From: Eubacteriales bacterium
GTDB taxonomy: Bacteria; Bacillota; Clostridia; Oscillospirales; CAG-272
DNA: 64,000 bases
Direction: 5' to 3'
Assembly (NCBI GenBank): GCA_045603085.1
Contig: JAZULL010000033.1
Location: 2,096 to 66,095 of the forward strand
Shown here one piece after another: positions 14,101 to 17,695 of the stretch. Within the stretch, counting starts at the first letter, position 1. Each line of letters begins with the position of its first letter. A program made the translations under genes and the position numbers. The notes below the pieces were generated by a model. It was not told where the DNA came from, ran no database searches, and saw nothing but the letters and a program-made list of their open reading frames with translations.

Positions 14101-14269
14101 GGTGGATATCGTATCCAAGAACGGTGTTGCTTCCTCTACCTTCAAGGTGGAAAAGAAGACCGTCACGAATCCTTGGTTTGCGGTATGCTGTGTTTCCGGC
14201 ATGACTCTGCTGGCTGTTGCGGCAGGCTTTGTGCTCGCGATCATTCGCAAGCGTCGCGGCTTGCAATAA
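2141..14269 (+). CDS. Giant (~4040 aa) multidomain cell-surface protein: signal peptide, GLUG-like head, BspA-type LRRs, beta-rich central region, Listeria-Bacteroides (Flg_new-like) repeats, Cys-rich tandem modules, C-terminal TM anchor
   Basis: GAGGAGG RBS before the ATG at 2141, so the track start at 2114 (GTG) was trimmed. Signal-like N-terminus MKHSFLTRLTSALFAVLMVFTAIPA. GLUG-like YLGLLGY...GSFAGYNAGKVLNCY. Many AFxxCxxLxSIxIPxxVxxIGxxAF repeats (LRR_5/BspA type). YEVKFVYADGE...FLGWDSD...YTALYRQ repeats. Terminal hydrophobic helix followed by RKRRGLQ. Confidence 0.9.
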   Translation: MKHSFLTRLTSALFAVLMVFTAIPATILTVWGEAMDGFGDYLAEQAPEKDNVTTFIYTAEDLDNIRNDLDGFYILMNDIDLSGREWVPIGDKDHPFTGTLLGSSYIISGMTISNLEGIAPASDGFYYLGLLGYHTGVIRDLVLESSVTADVSGKNAYVGSFAGYNAGKVLNCYDNMTKVYDLDTYTGDKNLTVGDCHTIMLKGSGGTYTGYTITVAETAFSGVTIILRDVNLTNCTIKASGNVDADVCIISYGTSNSISGVANSTTQTHAATVNLPKSKVSVLGSAPLDVYGGNGSTSTSLGVSHPGLMALVASDLYVKMDGCILTLCGGSGGRGLARTSSSLSTSTTFAALSALVCGGQGTRAIRTSSIIAVSEVDLSSGDGGTGGLFNYKIFGSSYLKIGGNGGNTVEPVDLSKTTIVGKARLFVGLPGRSGQGSFGMDGIREASWTEKTIDTVSGTVYTTDLNGKMTEETTEIVEPVMPAQPIYGYHTPNAAATLNLTRWDRTSSNYTQGSAGMTEYEGALYYGPAENPYAVLVRWIATERTICEIHPDTEYIYTGAFYVVNDSGVHVENRLTTVEIPKSVDAIGKAAFYRCKRLTSVVAKDVLVDVGREAFAECTSLTSVEWKDAPEKPLIDLGRYEKKYLDLTYNDQGELRLGYGVFAGCTSLTSIRIPEGVTEIPAMAFRGATKLQSVDFAESTTVIWREAFAGCERLEAADLGKMSALTAIKDHAFDGCTSLKSIYIPGTVQTIGEDVFENCSELERIEGQADAVYYPVIDHCLYEIDDPEAAEDARTYTLIKGCENSLITQHPEFLNDADADGFNVITVSGVRKHAFYNVDFNAPIAVPKNVVLEDDAFVNCSGEIIILPTTYNVNGFKNCDAGSLFTYSEPTADNQYRILLDGQLGESVYYIVYANKIDAEAVILVYGIGATYDYAVHKTIENDKILITSAVFDAQGKELPKALLSEELARDGTEIQVMGYVPKYLVIRDGVETIGTSVFYGMEPYLESIQLGEGLKKISAKAFDFTHGSTIALRNVTFEGDCPQIDQDAFLFHHSATALSELLVFTYDQDAAGWTYNGMPYTYYVEGQGLVTQKPDDPSARCFMVTGSENINYVNTAGYDKYGIQYALLGEEQYVDQGGKTKTVLTAQVIGYKATANGDKTIQIPHKILMNGNFYYVVSVAQDAFKDNTVLEQITIQTDVTADFIEDGESYGFDGVSSIHSGAFANCSALLYFVGDKLATLDEDAFTGVDYIVVNPATETHGWSTVIGQSTNVYTSRVLSGYTDADGIYYTVDLKNRTAIVGKKSDNSEESIANTSMSKKANVVIPEFVTYNDRLYKVVGFDRYAFYNNKSLESITISRFIGEGQTEAAPAIWDCTFRNTENLWQILVDYDNKYYQADGSMLLGNPLQAGEDQTIFTRLIKYPEGDNRPTLIVPDQVTVIENYAVAGNAYLKCVRLDDVTVVGSHAFWNCTNLDTLEGDYQLHDIGDSAFENTALKGIKFTDALATIGTRAFYNTDLEGTVELSAYAVQIGDSAFGRCSEITDFKFVDFGSGHPWPNNYDNSYWTVDGVLFGYTLTNSGTRVKTLLQYPASDTSKTDYDMSALAEDTVPVAIATEAFWGSKYLTKIRMHDRTALVGSQAFANCNRLTYVKLGADYRGSGDETTGQAGVFSYNLFVDSPALEEIEVAEQNQYFCHDSNGVLFSKALDVLYCYPAAVQRVNYRVPASVTKVYDSAFYGNTNIKQIVFNTTEPLSIGSRAFGSCSSLTEVYYITETVPTVGEKIYDNTPMRLQTLFKEEFQTRGWAAAVANSKWCERNIAAYRTIGTVPNATLKTNDYLLNLVGTDGAPLQDVYVIVTTYVESDLIDAWVPHKFYLHTDENGQVVFSTLDSDAQVRADIHVYAQKEGYFPYDYDLYIDTDMLISYLTLTKEPDVFGVSCEDRDIQSQTIDLNLQLRLEECGVTSFVNGEFITQDAETTYSDIPITVLGFWDSNCTDPVFTLKQGDRILPATQEVNGRACTFVVSSEHLVPNRPICATITVRHGEEVLEMTKTLNINVNKFDFSKNDVNTDASSEFKMSDLPNWLEAIVNSGSLEFKVNDSVKLGMDIELTESEVLISIDADFSKTFQTSVPLKDAKAGYEKYYKNGKGTYFFRIIDLEKGLTYAIRFAPSAQDTYTYYRLQVYPTALGRPTKADDKSVVYGAFNESKFMQSLPEGRIKYEAKAYVIKTAASLWLTENGKDSPTQFLNGKTVDLTGFKAPYEEYARPKDKYSTDLTQKFGLNIGGQLALGYSGEDGLTVKSGKIYGYITYQLEHNIYFSIGVVPVVLTIELNGKGGVVATLAPDTSGKWSFRDLALRAEVDIEVSFGLNLAIASGGIYGKLGFVVNYVILPEENMTELAFSGELGVYVKVWHFKYRLSIFKGTYDCLTGNWDKEHIWDRFNASLYMPELYEYGEDCNIDARLAYIDGELYQFYFASVTDAQYDQYNSTKLMYSVYDATEDTWSEGVPVDDNGYTDTSYIVYRHDGRVYVAYTQQTKKLDENSANDTYQTCEGLSLKCIEVTEMLNGAQPDTVLDGKASPEYKYLLQIGSMNGAPIVVWAENADNNVFGTSPDNYYDEQTGESYVFETTANSIHYAKLENGVWVEQEYVIDGLSSVTDMALDGSMLYYVIDTDADLADNADSVLYCVDLADGSHTTTTVSGVSSVECTDGNVTYYYANESCLASPDQELALPMQGKFSAGYLPLTDANGDLIAMIYQGSKNWEKDGKTETCSVMYAVFNENGTWGAPVEIYSPDQADRYVTGYDAIRLTDGRLMLAMQICDADGNTVDHVTEFYDPDKVNFDYTYEIDYENQQILYTVTNLGGQSASFSLERGESATVASGESAVLVYQMDKRVGDTEATLKVRASRDGVVLRTLEKGTVSTAYVDLVPLSKQLVIGENNTMLIGVRNYGNITSKGGTLYILSGEIASEYVLDAQREQKLIESAIYSVDLPEIGAGRLAYFELQLDESLVTGGDGVISMFVVPNGDEPQACIENNLDAIYLDEITQTTYGEQPEPVEPAPELSLTLDTFYKYSEEQPVPAVGIDVTVIGKNTGDISLMLGDTLLTPGDLTGEGQNDYGIVEHGTYSRTLRIRPEYLNGLEVGEHTFKVIVGGVELLFTVNVKEFEIKQPVTYEVKFVYADGEKIFTLPTEQEEYAAFFDSIPRGSDQFLGWDSDNDGQPDEFSYAEKETVYTALYRQELVTYVVTWVLADGLNVTKSYAEGSIPVCPQTSYKGQVIRGWTTAEGETVDPIPAVNGPATYYAVYDAKVNTLLLIGSPTVGGALQADLASIGWEELTDLKYQWYLDGVSITDADKDTLDVLGEMKGKTVWLIVTDSEGRMAQSEPLEVSTHAHTMFFYAYTAPSCTVGGNVAYWFCPVCDICYLDADCIKQIGADQVWLAPIGHKYYDVVTDPTCLSQGYTTHTCKNCDHTVIDTYIEATGHSMSDWAEIKPATCTENGLEASKCEHCDYSETRVIDALGHAYEADWTVDVEATCISAGSKSRHCTRCAAVTDVTVIEIQPHSLSEWAESKTATCTENGLETRKCEQCDYNETRVIEALGHDYSDEWTTDLEATCISAGSKSHHCTRCDAVTDVTVLEILPHRLSEWTLDKAPTCTENGIETRQCTNGDYCSYNETRIIDALGHEYESHWTVDVEATCISAGSESRHCERCDAVTDVQLVPITEHSMSEWRSTKEATCTHTGLEYRECAYCPYNETRVIAALDHKYQAEWTVDVEATCTFAGSKSHHCERCDAVTDVTVIPILDHEMSVWAETKPATCTENGLEYRKCAHCSYNETRTLEALGHNFAEEWTVDVEATCTSAGSKSRHCVRCDATADVQSIALTEHRYDGGKVTAPAEPDREGIRTTTCLDCGYAYTESIEKSAPEMVEQSATVWNSWSKKDELVFRSNAAFEDFVELRINGEVVPADCYTVIKGSIKIVMDPEYVASLQNGDYTVDIVSKNGVASSTFKVEKKTVTNPWFAVCCVSGMTLLAVAAGFVLAIIRKRRGLQ
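12563..13771 (+). repeat. Five in-frame tandem repeats (240, 240, 249, 240, 240 nt) encoding Cys-rich ~80-aa modules inside the giant gene
   Basis: Unit starts at 12563, 12803, 13043, 13292 and 13532, each beginning at a His codon. Consensus: H.MSEWAE.K.ATCTENGLE.RKCE.CDYNETRVI.ALGH.Y...WTVDVEATC.SAGSKS.HC.RCDAVTDVTV. Half-units flank both sides. Confidence 0.9.
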
Positions 14270-14295
14270 GCAAAAACCTTGATAAAAAGCCCTCC

Positions 14296-14327
14296 TTGGC
14301 GCACCTGCTTTATTGCAGGTGCGCCAA
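14296..14327 (+). terminator. Strong hairpin 27 nt after the giant-gene stop; possible terminator but no clean U-tract
   Basis: TTGGCGCACCTGC-tttatt-GCAGGTGCGCCAA, a 13-bp perfect stem. Confidence 0.45.
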
Positions 14328-14466
14328 CCTTATTCGCCGACGGCGAGAAATATGCACTTCGTGCGCGATATTGCCTTTGGCAAAGCAATAATATCACGCC
14401 GGGCAGTGCCGGGTATATCACTTGATTTGCATTTTTGCCTACAAATGCAGTGCTTGTCAAGAAAAG

Positions 14467-14498
14467 AGGACAGAGAACGAAAACATTCTCTGTCCTTT
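14467..14498 (+). terminator. Second hairpin/terminator candidate
   Basis: AGGACAGAGAA-cgaaaaca-TTCTCTGTCCT followed by TTG. Confidence 0.4.
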
Positions 14499-14599
14499 GC
14501 CTGTTTGCAGGAGTACGCTGCTCTATTACGAACACGCCTTCAGGTGGGTGAAAAAAGAGCAATATTCATAAAAAATCGCAATAATTTTGCGGGAAACTC

Positions 14600-14628
14600 T
14601 TGCAACTTGTCAAATGCGGTGCTATAAT
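14600..14628 (+). promoter_or_regulatory. Promoter of vWA paralog 1
   Basis: TTGCAA (14600-14605), 17-nt spacer, TGcTATAAT extended -10 (TATAAT at 14623-14628). Confidence 0.7.
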
Positions 14629-14685
14629 GTGGGGAATGATTAGCAAATCAGTCATTTTAGTTTGCTTTATTTTAGGAGGTTTATT

Positions 14686-15375
14686 ATGGCAGTTAAACAG
14701 GCTTCGGGTTATAACATTGACGTTGTGCTTTGCATTGATAAAACGGGCAGTATGGCCCCCATTATTTATGAGTTTCAGCGCAACGCGCTGAACTTTTACA
14801 AAATGGTTACGAATGAAATGGATGCTTGGGATCATAGCGTTAACGCGCTACGCGTCAAGGTGATCGGCTTTGGTGACTACGACAGTGATAACCGACCCAT
14901 GATGATCTCAAAGTTCTTTACGCTTCCCGATGAAAGCAATGAGTTTGAGGCTTTCCTGAACGGTATCAATGCCGGGGGCGGCGGAGATGCTCCCGAAAAT
15001 GCATTGGAAGCTCTGGCACATGCAATCAAGTCGGATTGGACTGAGGACGGCATCTATCGCAGACACGTGATTATGATGTTTACCGATGCCCCTGCACTTA
15101 AGCTGGGTGCACGCACCAACTTTGAAAACGACGACGAGCGCATTCCTATGCCTGCAGATCTTGTCGAGCTTGGCGAATGGTGGGAAGAAATGGAATTCAA
15201 GGCAAAGAGATGCGTTTTGTTTGCACCCGACTGCTATCCTTGGGGTGACCTGGCTGTTAATTGGGAGAATGTGGGAGGTATTCCCGTGGGCGTAGGCACA
15301 GGTTGCGATGATATTGATCTTGATGATGTAAGCAGGATGCTGATTCGCTCAGTTACTCAGGGTTTTCTATGGTAA
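14686..15375 (+). CDS. vWA/MIDAS-domain protein, paralog 1 (TerY-like role in a vWA-PP2C-kinase module)
   Basis: AGGAGG RBS before the ATG at 14686; track start trimmed. Motifs: DVVLCIDKTGSM (DxTxS MIDAS-like), GGGDAPENALEALAHAI, VIMMFTDAP. By eye, high identity (roughly two-thirds or more) to paralog 3. Confidence 0.85.
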   Translation: MAVKQASGYNIDVVLCIDKTGSMAPIIYEFQRNALNFYKMVTNEMDAWDHSVNALRVKVIGFGDYDSDNRPMMISKFFTLPDESNEFEAFLNGINAGGGGDAPENALEALAHAIKSDWTEDGIYRRHVIMMFTDAPALKLGARTNFENDDERIPMPADLVELGEWWEEMEFKAKRCVLFAPDCYPWGDLAVNWENVGGIPVGVGTGCDDIDLDDVSRMLIRSVTQGFLW

Positions 15376-15591
15376 GTGAGTATTAATCTCAACAGTTAAA
15401 TATCCAGTATCTTGAAAGAAAGGCACCTTGCTTGTGCATTTTGTGATTTGCGTGTGCGAGGAGCCTGCTTTTTCGAATAGGAACAGGAAAGCGGATTCGG
15501 AAAAATGAAAAGCGGAAGCGTTGAAAAGCAGAGCCGTATCACCCAGCCAATCCTTTGAAAACTCAAGGGTCTTCAGGTACTGTACTCTTTT

Positions 15592-15634
15592 GCACAGCCA
15601 ACCTGCTATAATGCAGGCTGGCTGTGCTTTTTTT
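15592..15634 (+). terminator. Rho-independent terminator downstream of vWA paralog 1
   Basis: GCACAGCCAACCTGC-tataat-GCAGGCTGGCTGTGC with one mismatch, followed by TTTTTTT. Confidence 0.7.
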
Positions 15635-15685
15635 GTTATTTGCCACTTGTTTTTCATATTTTGCCAATATTCAAACGACTGTTAC

Positions 15686-15714
15686 TTGCACTATGTGAAA
15701 TTTTGTGTTATACT
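15686..15714 (+). promoter_or_regulatory. Promoter of vWA paralog 2
   Basis: TTGCAC (15686-15691), 17-nt spacer, TGtTATACT (TATACT at 15709-15714). Confidence 0.65.
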
Positions 15715-15765
15715 GGCAATAATATCCCAAATCAATTGGACTTGTTTATCAAGGAGGATTTTTAT

Positions 15766-16458
15766 ATGACTACCGAAACAACAAAAGATGTCGGATATGT
15801 TATCGACGTTGCTTTGTGCGTTGACAAAACCGGTGCGAATATTCCGGTTTGGATTATGCTTGAGCAAAATGCGGAGCGCATGTATGAAAAGCTTTCCGAA
15901 GCGTGTCATTGCAACGGTCGCAGGATTGATTCGTTTCGGGTCAGGATTTTTGCTTTTGGGGACTACGCGGTTGATCTGCGCCCCATGATTATCTCTCGGT
16001 ATTTTAAGTTTCCTGAGGAGATCAAGGAATTTGTTGAGTTCTGCTTCAACGTGGAAGTGTTTGGTGGAGGGGATGTGCCTGAAAATGCGCTGGAATCACT
16101 GGCACATGCGATCAAGTCCGACTGGACCGATGAGGGGACCGTTCGCCGGCACGTGATCATGCTCTTTACCGACGCTCCGGCGGTGGAGCTCGGAGAGCGC
16201 CCGGATTTTTCAATAGATGACGAGCCGATGGACATGCCAAAAGATCTGAGCGAGCTTGGAGAATGGTGGAAAGAACTGGATAGAGAGAGCAAGCGCTTGC
16301 TGATATTTGCTCCCGAGGACTATCCTTGGCCTGAAATCGCAGCAACGTGGGATCAGGTTGAGTGGACATCGGTCTATGAAGGTCAAGCTTTTCAGGATTT
16401 TGATTTTGACAAAGCGATTGCCGCATTGAGCAAAGCTGTATGTCAAGCAGGAGAATAA
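15766..16458 (+). CDS. vWA-domain protein, paralog 2 (divergent; MIDAS serine lost)
   Basis: AAGGAGG RBS before the ATG at 15766. DVALCVDKTGAN replaces DKTGSM. GGGDVPENALESLAHAIKSDWT and VIMLFTDAP are conserved. By eye, clearly lower identity (around half) to paralogs 1 and 3. Confidence 0.85.
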   Translation: MTTETTKDVGYVIDVALCVDKTGANIPVWIMLEQNAERMYEKLSEACHCNGRRIDSFRVRIFAFGDYAVDLRPMIISRYFKFPEEIKEFVEFCFNVEVFGGGDVPENALESLAHAIKSDWTDEGTVRRHVIMLFTDAPAVELGERPDFSIDDEPMDMPKDLSELGEWWKELDRESKRLLIFAPEDYPWPEIAATWDQVEWTSVYEGQAFQDFDFDKAIAALSKAVCQAGE

Positions 16459-16485
16459 TCGGTCGTGGCCTCTTTACATGATGAT

Positions 16486-16593
16486 TACGGATATCCTTGG
16501 GATGACCTTGTTATTGTGTGTGAAACCGCAGCCGGCGTTCAGACCGATTATGCAGGAGGATTGTACGAAATGAATTTTGACAGCATGGTTTGA
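16486..16593 (+). pseudogene. 3'-terminal fragment (~35 codons) of a fourth vWA paralog
   Basis: The DNA acggAtatccttgggatgaccttgTtAtt matches paralog 3 at 17421-17450 at 27 of 30 positions. It translates to YGYPWDDLVIVCETAAGVQTDY..., compared with NGYPWDDLAVAWEDVTVVPSAAGTGCEDV in paralog 3. Stop codons lie immediately upstream in this frame. Confidence 0.6.
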
Positions 16594-16786
16594 TTTGTCT
16601 CGGGAAAGACATTCGTTGGAGCCTGTCATTTTGGATATAGTATGGATCCATGGAATGATCTTTCTCAATGGAGAGATCGTTAACATATTTCCGTGTGTGT
16701 TTCACAGGATTCTGCTTTTGCAGAATTTCCTGAAAATCCGAGTGTATTTTTTTGACAAATTGTAACCAAAAATTTTTGTTTGGTAC

Positions 16787-16815
16787 TTGCATTTTGTCTA
16801 AATTGGTGATATAAT
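16787..16815 (+). promoter_or_regulatory. Promoter of vWA paralog 3
   Basis: TTGCAT (16787-16792), 17-nt spacer, TGaTATAAT (TATAAT at 16810-16815). Confidence 0.7.
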
Positions 16816-16871
16816 GAACATAATGATTGGACAATCATAATAATTGATTTACTTATTAGGAGGATTTTGCT

Positions 16872-17567
16872 ATGCCGATTGGAAATCAGGGAGGACTTAT
16901 TTATAACGTTGATATCGTAATGTGTATCGACAAAACCGGTAGTATGGCACCTATTTTGGGTACAGTAAAGACAAACGCTCTCGACATTTACAAGAAGTTC
17001 GAGACTGCTATGAACAATGAGGGTAAGAGAGTTGAAGAGCTCCGCATTAAGGTAATTGCCTTTGGTGATTACGATTGCGACACACGCCCCATGATGATTT
17101 CGAGATTCTTTACTCTTCCTGAAGAGAATGACGAGTTCGAGGCTTTCCTGAACGGTGTTAATGCAGAGGGTGGTGGAGATGCTCCCGAGAACGCTCTTGA
17201 GGCTCTTGCACACGCAATAAAGTCCGACTGGACCGAGGATGGTAACGTTCGCAGACACGTTATCATGCTGTTTACCGACACTTCCGCTCTGGAGCTTGGT
17301 GTTCGCACCAACTTTGAAAACGACGATGAGCGTATGCCCATGCCCGCAGACCTGGCTGAGCTTGGCGACTGGTGGGATGAGATGGAATCCAGAGCAAGAA
17401 GATTCGTTCTGTTTGCTCCCAACGGCTATCCTTGGGATGACCTTGCTGTTGCTTGGGAAGACGTGACCGTTGTGCCCTCCGCTGCAGGTACCGGGTGCGA
17501 GGACGTTGATATTGATACCGCAATCGAAGCACTTGTTCGTTCTGTGGGTAAGGCTACTGTACAGTAA
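16872..17567 (+). CDS. vWA/MIDAS-domain protein, paralog 3
   Basis: AGGAGG RBS. Motifs: DIVMCIDKTGSM, GGGDAPENALEALAHAIKSDWTEDG, VIMLFTDTS. Confidence 0.85.
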   Translation: MPIGNQGGLIYNVDIVMCIDKTGSMAPILGTVKTNALDIYKKFETAMNNEGKRVEELRIKVIAFGDYDCDTRPMMISRFFTLPEENDEFEAFLNGVNAEGGGDAPENALEALAHAIKSDWTEDGNVRRHVIMLFTDTSALELGVRTNFENDDERMPMPADLAELGDWWDEMESRARRFVLFAPNGYPWDDLAVAWEDVTVVPSAAGTGCEDVDIDTAIEALVRSVGKATVQ

Positions 17568-17615
17568 GCGAGCAAATTGACTGTTATCGATAATTACAAT
17601 TGAATTGCATTAATC

Positions 17616-17667
17616 AAAAGCTCCTCGCTATGCGTTGTATTGATCCGCATATTGCGGGGAGCTTTTT
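17616..17667 (+). terminator. Terminator/attenuator-like hairpin between vWA paralog 3 and the PP2C gene
   Basis: AAAAGCTCCTCGC...(25-nt loop containing an inner hairpin)...GCGGGGAGCTTTTT. 13-bp stem with one mismatch, then a T-run ending ~30 nt before the PP2C start codon. Confidence 0.5.
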
Positions 17668-17695
17668 GATAGTGGCAAATAACAAGGAGATTAAA

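Noticed and set aside
9458-14266. 1602-aa ORF on the minus strand inside the giant gene
   Set aside because: It is exactly codon-aligned antisense to the sense frame: 14264 and 2141 are both 2 mod 3. It therefore stays open simply because this part of the sense gene lacks TTA, CTA and TCA codons. The product is low-complexity and Arg/Cys/Gly-rich, has no RBS, and the sense strand has clear domain homology. The same explanation applies to 3932-5419, 5861-6589 and 6920-8257.
14100-14269. Sortase (LPXTG) anchoring of the giant protein
   Set aside because: The C-terminus has a hydrophobic helix and a basic tail but no LPXTG-like pentapeptide upstream of it, so only a tail-anchor call is made.
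15367-15769. ORFs in the vWA1-vWA2 spacer (15367-15657 minus strand, 15521-15769 plus strand)
   Set aside because: They run through the terminator hairpin and the promoter of paralog 2. They have no RBS, no homology and AT-rich codon composition.
16511-17258. Minus-strand ORFs (107 and 192 aa) opposite the paralog 2-3 spacer and vWA paralog 3
   Set aside because: They are antisense to a gene with clear vWA motifs. There are no translation signals, and the composition is typical of non-coding antisense.
17577-17600. TTGACT ... TACAAT as a dedicated promoter for the PP2C-kinase genes
   Set aside because: The spacer between the hexamers is only 12 nt, outside the functional 16-18 nt range.
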